Under the pieces are notes generated by a model, which made no database searches, had not been told where the DNA came from, and worked only from the letters and a program-made list of their open reading frames with translations. Made by a program: the position numbers and the translations under genes. A stretch of 64,000 nt of DNA. Origin: a virus. Positions 47,391 to 58,337 of this stretch are shown in pieces (within the stretch, counting starts at the first letter, position 1; the number at the start of each line of letters is the position of its first letter). The stretch covers positions 1 to 64,000 of IMG/VR virus record IMGVR_UViG_3300020180_000013, one strand, 5' to 3'.

Positions 47391-49625
47391 TTATTCATTA
47401 TTCATATAATTTGTAATAGGAGTTGCTTGTCTATTGGCATATCCTCTTTGTAAATTATCCTCAGGAGAAGGATCGAAATCCTGTCCTGTTTTTACATCAA
47501 GTCCCATGATCTTAGCTAACTGATTCGGAGGAACATTTGGATACTTATTAATAGCATCTGAAAGAGCTTGAGCTTGTGCATGGTATTCACTTCCTGAAGG
47601 ACCTGGTTTCATTTTAGATCCTTTATAGAACCCTTGCATACCACCAGTGTTGGGGTCATTTTGATTATGTAGATACTGAGTATTGAGTACTTGGGCATTA
47701 GCTCTATTAGTTACTGCATCTATATAAGATGATCTTAGCTCTTGCCGGGCCATGTTTTTGGCATTATCAAACTGTTGATTAGCTATAGTAGTTTTATCAT
47801 ATAGATCTCTGGCTATATTAACATTAGCTTCATTAGATTTATTCATGATATCAGCCTTCATACCGGCAAATTTATCAGCCTCTCCAACATTAAGATTATT
47901 ATACTTCCCTAGGATATCAGCTGCATTCCTTGCTCCTTGTCCTTGTATACCAGAAAAGGTTGCTGCATATTGCTGAGGATTTCCAAAAGCTGTAGCTCCT
48001 TGAGTACCTATCTGCATCTGTTCTGCATTAGATGCTAGTTCTCTTGTAGGATCATAAAATGTAGGTTCAGGTACAAAAGGAGATATAGAAGGAGACCATG
48101 GAAGATATTTCTTTACTCTTAAGAAATCTCCTGCAGCTCCTGCTGTTTTAATTTTATCCTGTAACCACCATGGAGCTTTAACTCTTTGTTGAGTAAGTTG
48201 TAAATCCTTAGGTATAATATTAGATGCCTCTCCTTGTTGCTCCTGAGCTCCTCTCATTTCAGCTGGGGCCGGTGTTTGTTTAGGTAACATAGCCTGGCCT
48301 ACTGTAGTGTTTCCAAACCATCCATCTACTGGACTAATAGGTTTAGCTCCTTTACCATAAGTTTGATCAGCTACTCCTACAGGAGATAAATTAAAATTCT
48401 CCAAGATGGGTTTAAATTCCGGAGAATCTGAAAGATCTGAGATTACTCTATAAGCACTTTGAAAGCTCTTGATCTCATCCTCACTCATAGGATCTAATCC
48501 AAGTTTCTTAGCTTCTTTAGTATATGTCTCATTCTTCTTAGTTCCTCTATCCCATGATCTGGTCTTTAAAGCTTCTTTACTAGTAGCAGAAGGGTGAGCT
48601 TTCTGAATAGTGAATATTTGTTTTTGGGCCTTTAGAAAGTTATTGATTACATCTTCTTTAGAATCTGTTTTTCCTTTATTCTCAGGTTTGTTTTTCCACT
48701 CCTCATATATCTTATCTCTTAATGGTTCATTTCCAGGACTGGTTAAAGTAGTCTGAAGAAGATTATAAGCCTGAGTATAATAATCTGCTTTCTCTACAGG
48801 TTGTACATTACCTCCTTCGTGCATTAATGCATTGCCTTTATTTGCCCAATCTTGGGGGCCAGCATGAAATGGTCCACCACTATTGTATGGTTTCTTAGAT
48901 ATCTTTACTTTAGATACCTGCATTCCATATTTTGCTGTTGGTTGTTCTGGGCCTGGAGCAGAAGCTATCTCAGCTGCCTTTTGTACTGGAGCTTTTAATG
49001 GTAAGATCTGATCTGGTTCAATACCGGTAACTGCAAGATAAGGTAAAGCTATACTAGGAATTCCCTGAGGAAATCCTTTTTTGGCTTCTTGTACAAGAGC
49101 TAGTTTACCCAACTTGATATTATAAGATGCTATCATATTTTCTGCATCCTGGATTCTTACTTTATCAGATTGATTATCTGGATCAGCTAATATCTTTCTT
49201 TGTTCATTTATATTATACTGTTTAGCTAATTCAGCTGGGGTATAACTACCTTTTGATTTTCCAAAGAACTTAAGGATATCAGGATCTTTAATCTTTAACT
49301 TTTTAGTGTCTGAGAAAATGAAAGAATCATCTGGTAAATTTAAAGGAGTTCCTCCTTCAGAATGTTTCTTTCCTCCTATTTTATAATGAGCAGCTAGGCC
49401 AGCTACATTTGGTATGTATGCTGTCTCACCTTTTTCAGCTTCTAGATTGGAGTCCTCTTCCGGAACTGGTTGTAAAGTTTGTTGAACAGATTCTTTAGGT
49501 TCAGCCCAGTCATTAGGTTTATAAATAGGATAAATTAGATTGCCCTGATCTATTGATCTGAATCCTGTAGAACCTCCTCCTTTATAAGGAGATGCTTTCT
49601 TTTTAATTTTTACTTTTCTCATCAA
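47391..49625 (-). CDS. Virion internal/cargo protein (744 aa)
   Basis: LEAEKGE...GKKHSEGGTP...FIFSD motif of the kind seen in crAss-like structural-block proteins; Gln/Asn/Ala-rich C-terminus. Confidence 0.65.
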   Translation of the reverse strand: MMRKVKIKKKASPYKGGGSTGFRSIDQGNLIYPIYKPNDWAEPKESVQQTLQPVPEEDSNLEAEKGETAYIPNVAGLAAHYKIGGKKHSEGGTPLNLPDDSFIFSDTKKLKIKDPDILKFFGKSKGSYTPAELAKQYNINEQRKILADPDNQSDKVRIQDAENMIASYNIKLGKLALVQEAKKGFPQGIPSIALPYLAVTGIEPDQILPLKAPVQKAAEIASAPGPEQPTAKYGMQVSKVKISKKPYNSGGPFHAGPQDWANKGNALMHEGGNVQPVEKADYYTQAYNLLQTTLTSPGNEPLRDKIYEEWKNKPENKGKTDSKEDVINNFLKAQKQIFTIQKAHPSATSKEALKTRSWDRGTKKNETYTKEAKKLGLDPMSEDEIKSFQSAYRVISDLSDSPEFKPILENFNLSPVGVADQTYGKGAKPISPVDGWFGNTTVGQAMLPKQTPAPAEMRGAQEQQGEASNIIPKDLQLTQQRVKAPWWLQDKIKTAGAAGDFLRVKKYLPWSPSISPFVPEPTFYDPTRELASNAEQMQIGTQGATAFGNPQQYAATFSGIQGQGARNAADILGKYNNLNVGEADKFAGMKADIMNKSNEANVNIARDLYDKTTIANQQFDNAKNMARQELRSSYIDAVTNRANAQVLNTQYLHNQNDPNTGGMQGFYKGSKMKPGPSGSEYHAQAQALSDAINKYPNVPPNQLAKIMGLDVKTGQDFDPSPEDNLQRGYANRQATPITNYMNNE

Positions 49626-49627
49626 TA

Positions 49628-51616
49628 TTAGTCTAAGTATTCAACATCATATCCCTGATTTTTCAGGTCTTGTATTTCAGTATCTGATAAGTAATATTCT
49701 CCTCCTTGATCATAAGATCCTCCATATTTTCTATACTGGCCGGCAGCTCCTGTAAATTGGGTTGGTATCATTTGATCAGCTCTGAAGTATCCTTGATTAA
49801 TATCATAATTTCCTCTTGATCCTGCATTACCCGGGGTACTTGTGAATACTTGATCAGCATGAGTTTTATCTCTTAATTGCTTCTCCCTAGTTTTTCTGTC
49901 TCTCGTATTAAAGATATTAGTCAATGCTTCCATGCCGAGTATACCCATATTGGCTTGATCTTCTCCTGACATTGTTCCTTGATTAAATTTAAAAGTAGAT
50001 GATGGAGGTGTTGAAGTTGTATTTGGTCCATACATATCTCCTGCTGCAGATTGTTGATTAAACTGAGCAGCTTGAACTGCTATAGCATTACTTTGTCCTT
50101 GTATGAGATCACTCTGATATCCTTGAAGTTGTTGATTGGTAGCATTAAGATCAGACTGAGTTCCCATATATGTAGTACTTGCATAAGGGTTCATTTCTGC
50201 TATAGGTGCCATATTGTTGGCATTAAGTAGTCTTGGATCATAACAAATAGAGAATGGATTATGCATATCTTCCTCACTACATACCGGTTTGTCATTCATT
50301 TCTCTACCAGTAACCTGAGTTCCGTCTTGTGCATATTGAGGAATAAATTTTCTTATATTATTTCCATCATTTTCTGGAGTAAAGAACTGATCATTTATAC
50401 CACCATCTTGTTTTTTATGAAATCCATGATGTTTTTTAAACGTCTTAGCTAAATTATATTGAGGAGATCCCGGAGGACATCCTGGTTTACCTAAAGGAGT
50501 ACATCTTCCTTTTTTAAGATTTTTAGGAATCCAATTTCCTCCCTTTTTCATATATCCCATATCTTCCATTCCACTAGTCATCTCAGCATCTGACATTATA
50601 GAACCATCTGGCATATGATGAAATGTAGCATGAGGAATCATCTCTTCATGTACAGCATCTAATGAGGTATTTTTTAACCAATCCATGAAATCATTTTTCT
50701 TTTCATCAAGCATATTACTTGAATTGAAATCTGTAGATCCTCCCTCTTGCATAGCTCCTCCACATTCTTTACAGGGAACTCCTCCCATGTTAAACATAAC
50801 AGGAGGAATGTTAAGATTATTAGTAGATCCTCCATAGTTGAATCCATATTTATTAGCTCCTGGTTTATGTATATTAATTCCAAGATTTTGTACACCTCTT
50901 CTTTGAGATTTAGGAACCGTAGGAGGATTAGTATATGGCTTTATCTGACCTATGTATGAATCAGAAGTAATATCAGAAGGATTATTATTAAGATTATTCA
51001 TTACCGGTTCTACAGGAAATGTAGCAGGAGGTTGTGTTGGAGGAGGTGTAGTTCTCTTAGCTTTAGGAGCAGACACATCAGGAGTATAATATGGATTATT
51101 AGGATTATTCCATTCTGGAGTACCTTGTGGAATTGTTTTATATGCTCTATAATCTCCTGAAGGAGTTAAGAATTGGGATGATCCAGCATCTTTGGTATAG
51201 CCTAATGCATATAACTGATCTGTTGATAAAGGTTGTTGACCAGATGGTAAATATTGACTTAATAAAGTAGGATCAAATCCTTTAGGATAACTTGTATTAG
51301 TTCCTCCTGTTTGGTAGTTTCCTTTTAATCGTTTCATATTATCTGATATTAAATTAGGACTGCCTCCTTGTTTTAGCTTTTTATACTGATTCATGATTTG
51401 TTTAGTTGCAGGAATTTCTAATACATGTGAATGATCTGGAAAATGATACTCTTCTCCTGGTTTAGCTAGTACTGGATCACCAGTACCATTCTCTCCCATT
51501 GGAATAAGAAGTAGTTTTTTATCTACTCCTTTCATAGTTATTCTATTAGAGTTTATAACATTAAATGGGTTATTAACATCCGGAGAATTTTTTTTATATC
51601 CTAAGTTAGAAAACAT
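49628..51616 (-). CDS. Low-complexity virion internal protein (662 aa) with repeated xxxGG motifs
   Basis: ITMKGV...PGEEYHFP...VLEIP N-terminal domain and many xxxGG motifs. Confidence 0.65.
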   Translation of the reverse strand: MFSNLGYKKNSPDVNNPFNVINSNRITMKGVDKKLLLIPMGENGTGDPVLAKPGEEYHFPDHSHVLEIPATKQIMNQYKKLKQGGSPNLISDNMKRLKGNYQTGGTNTSYPKGFDPTLLSQYLPSGQQPLSTDQLYALGYTKDAGSSQFLTPSGDYRAYKTIPQGTPEWNNPNNPYYTPDVSAPKAKRTTPPPTQPPATFPVEPVMNNLNNNPSDITSDSYIGQIKPYTNPPTVPKSQRRGVQNLGINIHKPGANKYGFNYGGSTNNLNIPPVMFNMGGVPCKECGGAMQEGGSTDFNSSNMLDEKKNDFMDWLKNTSLDAVHEEMIPHATFHHMPDGSIMSDAEMTSGMEDMGYMKKGGNWIPKNLKKGRCTPLGKPGCPPGSPQYNLAKTFKKHHGFHKKQDGGINDQFFTPENDGNNIRKFIPQYAQDGTQVTGREMNDKPVCSEEDMHNPFSICYDPRLLNANNMAPIAEMNPYASTTYMGTQSDLNATNQQLQGYQSDLIQGQSNAIAVQAAQFNQQSAAGDMYGPNTTSTPPSSTFKFNQGTMSGEDQANMGILGMEALTNIFNTRDRKTREKQLRDKTHADQVFTSTPGNAGSRGNYDINQGYFRADQMIPTQFTGAAGQYRKYGGSYDQGGEYYLSDTEIQDLKNQGYDVEYLD

Positions 51617-51618
51617 TA

Positions 51619-52266
51619 TTATAAAGATATACTATTTAGTCTCAATTTTCTTCTAGTTTCTATTTGTTTTTCTATAGATTCTCTAGTTCTAGGAATTCCT
51701 TTTAACTTATAATTGGATATTCCAGTCTTAGTTTTTATAATTTTTTCTATAGTTTCCTGAGAGTGACTTCTTCCTCTAAGTTTATCTCCTATTTTTTTTC
51801 TAGATTCTATAGATCTGGGAGTAGATGGACTCTTCCTTTTTATTCCCTCTAATTTTCTTCTTTTAACAGCTTCAGCTTTTCTTTTTAAGGTTTCTTCCGA
51901 TGGTTTATATCCTTTTTTAAATCCTCCTTTATTTTTAACTACATGGTTTCCTCTCCAGATACCTGATTTAAGTTGCATATTATATTCTGGATATAAATTA
52001 TCTAAATAATATTGTTCTCTAAAATATATTTCTTCTTTTTTACATAATTCTATAATAGAAAATTCAAAATTATCAGCTCCATATTTTTCATATGAATATT
52101 GTAAATGTTTATTATGATGTTTTTTTAAATTTAGCTTAGATAGATGTTGATTATATCTAGTTCTAAATGATATAGCACTTCCAATATAAAATTTTCCATT
52201 GATAATATTAGTTATTTTATATATTCCTGTACTATTAAAATTTATATAATCTCCTTGATAAATCAT
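51619..52266 (-). CDS. Free-standing GIY-YIG homing endonuclease with NUMOD3-like repeats
   Basis: TGIYKITNIINGKFYIGSA...R..QH...REQYYLD; repeats PSEETLKR, RSIESRKKIG, HSQETIEKI. Confidence 0.92.
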   Translation of the reverse strand: MIYQGDYINFNSTGIYKITNIINGKFYIGSAISFRTRYNQHLSKLNLKKHHNKHLQYSYEKYGADNFEFSIIELCKKEEIYFREQYYLDNLYPEYNMQLKSGIWRGNHVVKNKGGFKKGYKPSEETLKRKAEAVKRRKLEGIKRKSPSTPRSIESRKKIGDKLRGRSHSQETIEKIIKTKTGISNYKLKGIPRTRESIEKQIETRRKLRLNSISL

Positions 52267-55200
52267 CGTTTAGATTCTAGTAATTTGGTTATTGCAATTT
52301 TTACAATCATTTTTACGTCACCTGATATTTTCCTTTGTAGGGACACGTAATTCAAATAGTGACGGAATTTTTTTCTTTCAAATGAATTCTTTTGATAATT
52401 AAGATTTAAAGGATTTAAGGTTCTTGTATATCCATTAGCATCATTAAGCCAGATTACTCTTTGGGCAGCTGAAAATTCTCCTCTATCATCTGTAATATCC
52501 CAGAAAGTATTAAATCTATATTTCTGTTCTACTTTACTATATAGTATATCAATATCTGTAGGATTAATTATAGGATAAAGTAGTCCCTTTATTGGATTGT
52601 TCTTTGGAGTAAGATTTAATTTTAATACTCCAGAGGTCTGCTCTGTGTTAGATATAATAGCCTGGTCAAAGTTAAAATCTAGTAATTGATATTTATTGAT
52701 TCCCGATAGATCATATTTATAACACTCCAGATAATACTCTAATGATCTTACTGTATTTACTATAGTCCCGGTAGAAGTTACATACTCTAATTCAAAAGGA
52801 TAATCTGTACCATAATAATTGCAGAAGCTATCTGTTCTATTATTGTGTCTCCATACCTCACCTTTCTTGGTGATAGGATTAGTAATAATAGACATAAAGT
52901 TATTCTTGCTTGGAATATATAGTTCCGGGTGCCAATCATGATGAGATACCCAACCACCATCTCCATTATTTGCTTTAGGACTGTAACTTACTGTCCAGGA
53001 AGCATCTTCAAAATATTGAGTATCTGTTAACTGAATTGGTGTGAATACTATATCCTGAGTATCATTTCCACTAATTAGTACTAAAGAACTACTTACTTCA
53101 TTATAAATGATCTGTCCTTTATATTGATCTCTAACTTTATAATCCTTCTTGCAGAAGTATATAGTCTCTAGTTGATTATCATAAATAGATTGACATCCTA
53201 TACCAATAACTGGGTTATCGGTGTGTGGATAATTAGGAATATCCTGAGTTAAGAAATAAGGTAAATACTTTTTAAACCAGAACTTTAATCCTGAAAATGT
53301 TATATCTTTTAATCCCTGAGTTAACCTGAATACTTTACCTTGGTTCTCACTAATATAATATAATCCAAATGGTGTATTTAATATACTAAGTCTATTTTGA
53401 CATGATCCATACTCCAAGGAGTCATCTGCATTACTAACTGATTGTAATGGCTGGGAAAATAATCCTCCATCCCCAATTGTTATCTTGGTTCCTAATGAAG
53501 TTTGAAGAGTATCTACTCCTTGAAACTCTATAGGAGAAGCTGTGTCAAAAAGAATAAGGGCCCCAGATTTATTTATGGGTTTAATAGCTGTGATCTTGCT
53601 TTTGAAATCTTTATAATTATTAGCTAGGAATACTCTCCAGTAATCTTTCTTGTTCTCTAGATTCTGAGGTAGTGAATATATAGCCCTAAATGGAAAATAA
53701 GAAAAACACTTTTCTGCTATGATAGGATCATAATCTCTTGGTTGTTGATTACCCCATGAAATAAAGTTTATAAATAATCTGGATATAGATAGAGATATAT
53801 CATACTTGAAGAAGTTCCCGGCCTTAATAATCTTTGGAGCAAATAAAGCTGCAGTATCAGTATATCTATATGGATCATAATGTCTTTCTGAATCTTCATT
53901 ACCCCAGTCTCTGAGTTCTGTATTAATCTCTGATTCTACAAAGAAGTCTCTTACTCCTGATTGAAATAAATAAAAATATGCATCTTTTAATCCAAATCTT
54001 AATGCTCCAAAAATATTACTTAATACAGAACTTCCATTACTGATTCTATCTAGATTAGCCCTACCTGAAGGAAGACCTTCAGTTAAAGAATTTATACTTA
54101 AAAAACCTGGACCAGGAGTAATAAAATTTAAAAATCCTGTAAGAAATTCTCCTGTTTCATACTTGGTGAAATCAGCCCAGTATCTAGGAAAGTTAACCAT
54201 GTATTTTAATCTATAATTAAACTCTGTTCCATCTGGTTGACCTAATAACCAATCATAGAAATAGAAAAAGGTATTCTTCTCTGTATATCTGGTGATATAA
54301 GTATCTCCTCCAAAGATCGGAGGAGTGGCTTGATCAGTTAATAATTGTTCTTCTGTAACCGGATCTATAGAGTCAAATACACAAGTAATAGGAATCTCCT
54401 GGATAGAAGTCATCTGTCCATATTGATTCTCTATTCTTACTTTCAGAGCTGCATAATAGGTTGTAGTTACTGTGGTAAATTCTTTATCTGGATCTTTTAA
54501 AGTTATTGCACCAGTACCTAGTAGTGCTGCAGTGCTTATACTCTGTACTGTATTATCAGATCCTAGAGGATATGAGATAGCCTTTGTAGGATCAATCTCA
54601 ATAGCTACTGCTCTTCCTCTATAAAGATTATTTATTCTATAATTACTCCCAAAATCTTGAAACTGATTATCAAGATAATTAGCTGATGTAATTAATCTCC
54701 TTGTGTTTCCAGGTACTGCATTTCCTGCAGAGAAGTTGTCATAAAATCCATGAGATCTATATCTATATGCATATTGTCTATATGGAACTAATGATTCTAT
54801 TAATCTTAAAGCAGTGTCTGTACCTAATGTCCAATAGTATCCAAGAGTTACTAAACCGGTTAATGCTTTAGTAATAGGTCCTAAATAATCAGATGTGGCT
54901 AATTCCACACTCTCTGTGGTAGTTCCTGCAGTTAATCCTGGAAGAGCTCCTGCAGTATATCCGGCTGCTATTAAAGCTGTATCAGTATTAGGTAGCCCTA
55001 CTGCATCTGCAAGTACATTAAGTAATGTCATTGATGTAGGAGTAATAACTAACTGAGTAAGACTTGAATAAGCACCTAAAGCTATAGGTGCAGTTATTAA
55101 TCCTGGATCAAATCCTCCTATTACAGGAGCTATGAAACTAGTAGTAGAAGATTGAGGAGCCTGGTAAGTACGTGTTCTTTGTCCTCTGACAGCAAGTGCT

Positions 55201-57305
55201 GCAGAAGCCAAGCCTAATATAGCAGCAAGTAGAAAGGATAAGTCTCCTAAAAGTTTTTCTTTAGGATGCTCTGGTACTTCTTCAAAGTTTCCTAATACTA
55301 TTCCATTAATTTCTCCATAGAGTTTTATTTCTTTTGCTGAAAGAAATGGATTTTTAAACTGAGTGTCCGGAGAATGGAATGTATAAGCTGATCTACTTGC
55401 ATTACCAAAGTATAATAGAGGAGTTTTTAATGCTCCTAATCCTCCGTTATCAGATTGATCTTGTGGAGATAGAGTAGGATCTGGATTACTTACAGTTGCA
55501 TTTATTGGATTATAAGGATAATTAGGATATAATCCTTGTTTTGTAGAAGGAGATAAAGAGTATGTTTTCATATTATTGATCATACCCTTTGCAATAATAG
55601 TCTTATTTCCCTCTCTGGATCCTCTTAATATTTCATAACCTACTATCCCGGGAATAAGATTTCCATGATTATCTCTAGGTGCTCTGATCTTATCAAACTG
55701 TACTCCTAGAACTCTAATCTCAATATTACCAGTTGCATCTTTCTTAAAGTGTTCTGTTACATTAGGTACTGATAAATTATCAGGCATCTTGTGATGTCTA
55801 ATAGGTTTACCACAAAGATTTACCGGCATGTCTCCAGGAAGTAAACTCCATGATATTCCACTTGAATCAACATGGCTTGTATCTGGGCCTGCAGGAGGAT
55901 TACTCTGATTCCAGATATCTGGTTTATTATCCGGATATATTTCAGTTGACTCCCAATAACTCATAAGACCTTCTCCTATAATAACTCCTCCATCTGGTAG
56001 TATTATATTGGGGATTGTATTACCTGTTGCTGTATTATATATTTTCCATCTTACATCTTCATCAGGAAATAGTTTATCATTACCTGCAGTAGCTGGTAGT
56101 AAATCAGTAGCTGTAGCTTCTCTACCAGGTATATGATAAGAAGAAGACTTGTCCCCTGTATTATACACCCATCTTATGAAGAACGGATATACTTCATCTC
56201 TTAAATAAGAAGTAACATTACCACCTTTTCTATAGTAGTCTGCAGGATATTTTACAGAAATCCATTTAGTTGTAATCCTATTGGCTAGTGGCTGATAGTT
56301 AAAATCAAACTTTGTGGTGGGGGCTACCCTAAGCATATAAGTCCCTGTTTCAAATACTGCTTCTGATTTATCATAAACAGGAGATCTGAAAGGAATTAGT
56401 TCAATAGGAATGCTGGGAAGACTTTCTGCTATCTGATCTAGAAATATCTGATTTGTTCTAGTAGAATATATTCCTATTCTTTTAGCTGATGTCTGTTGAT
56501 TTATAGTTCTTACTACTACTAATTCAAACTCATCAAAATGTTCTGTATCAATTGAGTTAATAGTAATGTTAAGTGAACCTGATAAATTCTCATGTTCAAA
56601 AATAGATTGAATATTAGATGGAGTAGAATAGTCAGTTACTCTCTGATCATTGATAGTATATCCTATTACTACAAAGTAGGATCCATTAGGAAGATTTCCT
56701 CCATTATGTCCTCTTGTAATACTTATACAAGGATTCTTTACAAATCTTGCTAATCTTAATTCTTCACAATCTAGATCAGTAGTAGGAGTACAGGTAATGC
56801 AATTATTAATAGTATTACAATTTTCAAGAAATGCCGGACTATTTATGTTAATAGTTCTTGTAGGAGCATTTCCATCATCCCAATAAGTCTGATAACTACA
56901 ATCAAAGTTTTGTTTGGATACTCCTTTAATAAGATATTTTCTATTGAATCCTAAACAGTTGGATGGATTCATTACTTGTCCAAGTGAGTTCTTAATAGGT
57001 GTATAACTACACTCACTATCATCAAATATTCCTATCTCTGAGTTAGTATCATCAGTTAGATACACTGCCCAGACATCACCATATAGATGAATAGTTCCTA
57101 TACAAGGATAAGGGAAAGTAACACATAATAAATTAGAAGGTTCATTAGATCTGGTATTAAGATCTCCTGTAACTGTGTACTCAGTTGCATTCCTAGCTCT
57201 TGTGTATGCTCCCTCTGGAATAGAGGACTCATTCACATCCATTATCAACCCTCTATTGAAAGATGCTCCTTTTTGACTACTTGTATTCTGAGGATCCTGA
57301 GCCAT
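52263..57305 (-). CDS. Muzzle / tail-stabilisation protein (P22 gp10-like), 1680 aa
   Basis: FNRGLIMD N-terminus, SYLRDEVYPFFIRW, GGDTYI, SWTVSY...WVSHHDWHP; lies next to ring genes. Confidence 0.82.
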   Translation of the reverse strand: MAQDPQNTSSQKGASFNRGLIMDVNESSIPEGAYTRARNATEYTVTGDLNTRSNEPSNLLCVTFPYPCIGTIHLYGDVWAVYLTDDTNSEIGIFDDSECSYTPIKNSLGQVMNPSNCLGFNRKYLIKGVSKQNFDCSYQTYWDDGNAPTRTININSPAFLENCNTINNCITCTPTTDLDCEELRLARFVKNPCISITRGHNGGNLPNGSYFVVIGYTINDQRVTDYSTPSNIQSIFEHENLSGSLNITINSIDTEHFDEFELVVVRTINQQTSAKRIGIYSTRTNQIFLDQIAESLPSIPIELIPFRSPVYDKSEAVFETGTYMLRVAPTTKFDFNYQPLANRITTKWISVKYPADYYRKGGNVTSYLRDEVYPFFIRWVYNTGDKSSSYHIPGREATATDLLPATAGNDKLFPDEDVRWKIYNTATGNTIPNIILPDGGVIIGEGLMSYWESTEIYPDNKPDIWNQSNPPAGPDTSHVDSSGISWSLLPGDMPVNLCGKPIRHHKMPDNLSVPNVTEHFKKDATGNIEIRVLGVQFDKIRAPRDNHGNLIPGIVGYEILRGSREGNKTIIAKGMINNMKTYSLSPSTKQGLYPNYPYNPINATVSNPDPTLSPQDQSDNGGLGALKTPLLYFGNASRSAYTFHSPDTQFKNPFLSAKEIKLYGEINGIVLGNFEEVPEHPKEKLLGDLSFLLAAILGLASAALAVRGQRTRTYQAPQSSTTSFIAPVIGGFDPGLITAPIALGAYSSLTQLVITPTSMTLLNVLADAVGLPNTDTALIAAGYTAGALPGLTAGTTTESVELATSDYLGPITKALTGLVTLGYYWTLGTDTALRLIESLVPYRQYAYRYRSHGFYDNFSAGNAVPGNTRRLITSANYLDNQFQDFGSNYRINNLYRGRAVAIEIDPTKAISYPLGSDNTVQSISTAALLGTGAITLKDPDKEFTTVTTTYYAALKVRIENQYGQMTSIQEIPITCVFDSIDPVTEEQLLTDQATPPIFGGDTYITRYTEKNTFFYFYDWLLGQPDGTEFNYRLKYMVNFPRYWADFTKYETGEFLTGFLNFITPGPGFLSINSLTEGLPSGRANLDRISNGSSVLSNIFGALRFGLKDAYFYLFQSGVRDFFVESEINTELRDWGNEDSERHYDPYRYTDTAALFAPKIIKAGNFFKYDISLSISRLFINFISWGNQQPRDYDPIIAEKCFSYFPFRAIYSLPQNLENKKDYWRVFLANNYKDFKSKITAIKPINKSGALILFDTASPIEFQGVDTLQTSLGTKITIGDGGLFSQPLQSVSNADDSLEYGSCQNRLSILNTPFGLYYISENQGKVFRLTQGLKDITFSGLKFWFKKYLPYFLTQDIPNYPHTDNPVIGIGCQSIYDNQLETIYFCKKDYKVRDQYKGQIIYNEVSSSLVLISGNDTQDIVFTPIQLTDTQYFEDASWTVSYSPKANNGDGGWVSHHDWHPELYIPSKNNFMSIITNPITKKGEVWRHNNRTDSFCNYYGTDYPFELEYVTSTGTIVNTVRSLEYYLECYKYDLSGINKYQLLDFNFDQAIISNTEQTSGVLKLNLTPKNNPIKGLLYPIINPTDIDILYSKVEQKYRFNTFWDITDDRGEFSAAQRVIWLNDANGYTRTLNPLNLNYQKNSFERKKFRHYLNYVSLQRKISGDVKMIVKIAITKLLESKR

Positions 57306-57307
57306 AC

Positions 57308-58333
57308 TTATACTGCATTATTATGTAAAAATCTTGGACTTGAACCTGGTGAATAACTAGAAAACATATCATAGTATTTAGAGTACATAGCTTTTCTATT
57401 GGTTTCCCACATCTTAGCCATTTCAGAGAAGTTAGGAGTATTGACAACTGTGAGAGCATTATTTCTTGCTCCTCTAAGTTTTTGTTGAACTAGTCCTAAT
57501 GCCTTTTCTACAGACTCATCTTCCATTAATAGATTTTCTAGTATCCTTTCTTTCAGAGCATATTCATAATATTCATTCATATATGGATGATCCGGAACTA
57601 ATATATTACCTGATTCATCTTCTAGTGCTCCTTCATAGTTGATATATACTTTTCCACACATCTCATTTCTAGTAGAGTGACTATTAGAATGATTTAGATT
57701 ATGATTTAGGCCATCATTAAACCATATGAATCCATTTTTTATAAATGCTTCATCTCTACACATCCAGTTAAGATTAGGACACTCACAATTTATATCATGT
57801 GAATTCTTAAATCTTATTGGATACATCATATTATAGCTCCTTGAAATAGTATTTATTACTTGAACTAATTGAAAGCCGGTAGTATTTTTACCACAGCTAT
57901 CTGTACATCTTGTAAGACAAATAGGAATGGTGGTATTAGGAGTTAATGTTGGTGTACATGCATCAATAACTACATCAGTACATGGATTAGGTTCTATTGG
58001 ATCTTGGTAAGTGGGAATAATATTTTTAATAGGAACTTCTTGTATGTTAGTTCCCTGGCCTGGTATAAAAGTCTCTGTAAAACTACCACATAATAGAGCA
58101 AAGTTCATGACCCTGAAATCCTCTGGAAGTCTTGCTTTTCCATTTACTATATCAAGAACTGTGTTCTTAACCATGTTAATCCTAAGACCAAGATCATAGT
58201 TACATCTAAGAGCAACTTTAATCAACTGCTGAGGTTCTATTTTTCCTTCTAGAGAATATGTTTTCATATCAACTCTAACACTCTCAAAGAGAGAATCAAA
58301 TGTCTGATACTTTAATGTGTAGTTGAAGTTCAT
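57308..58333 (-). CDS. Tail ring / tubular protein
   Basis: IVNGKARLPEDF...VYINYEG...DESGNILVPD...EYYEY pattern; position in the tail block. Confidence 0.72.
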   Translation of the reverse strand: MNFNYTLKYQTFDSLFESVRVDMKTYSLEGKIEPQQLIKVALRCNYDLGLRINMVKNTVLDIVNGKARLPEDFRVMNFALLCGSFTETFIPGQGTNIQEVPIKNIIPTYQDPIEPNPCTDVVIDACTPTLTPNTTIPICLTRCTDSCGKNTTGFQLVQVINTISRSYNMMYPIRFKNSHDINCECPNLNWMCRDEAFIKNGFIWFNDGLNHNLNHSNSHSTRNEMCGKVYINYEGALEDESGNILVPDHPYMNEYYEYALKERILENLLMEDESVEKALGLVQQKLRGARNNALTVVNTPNFSEMAKMWETNRKAMYSKYYDMFSSYSPGSSPRFLHNNAV

Positions 58334-58337
58334 AGTC

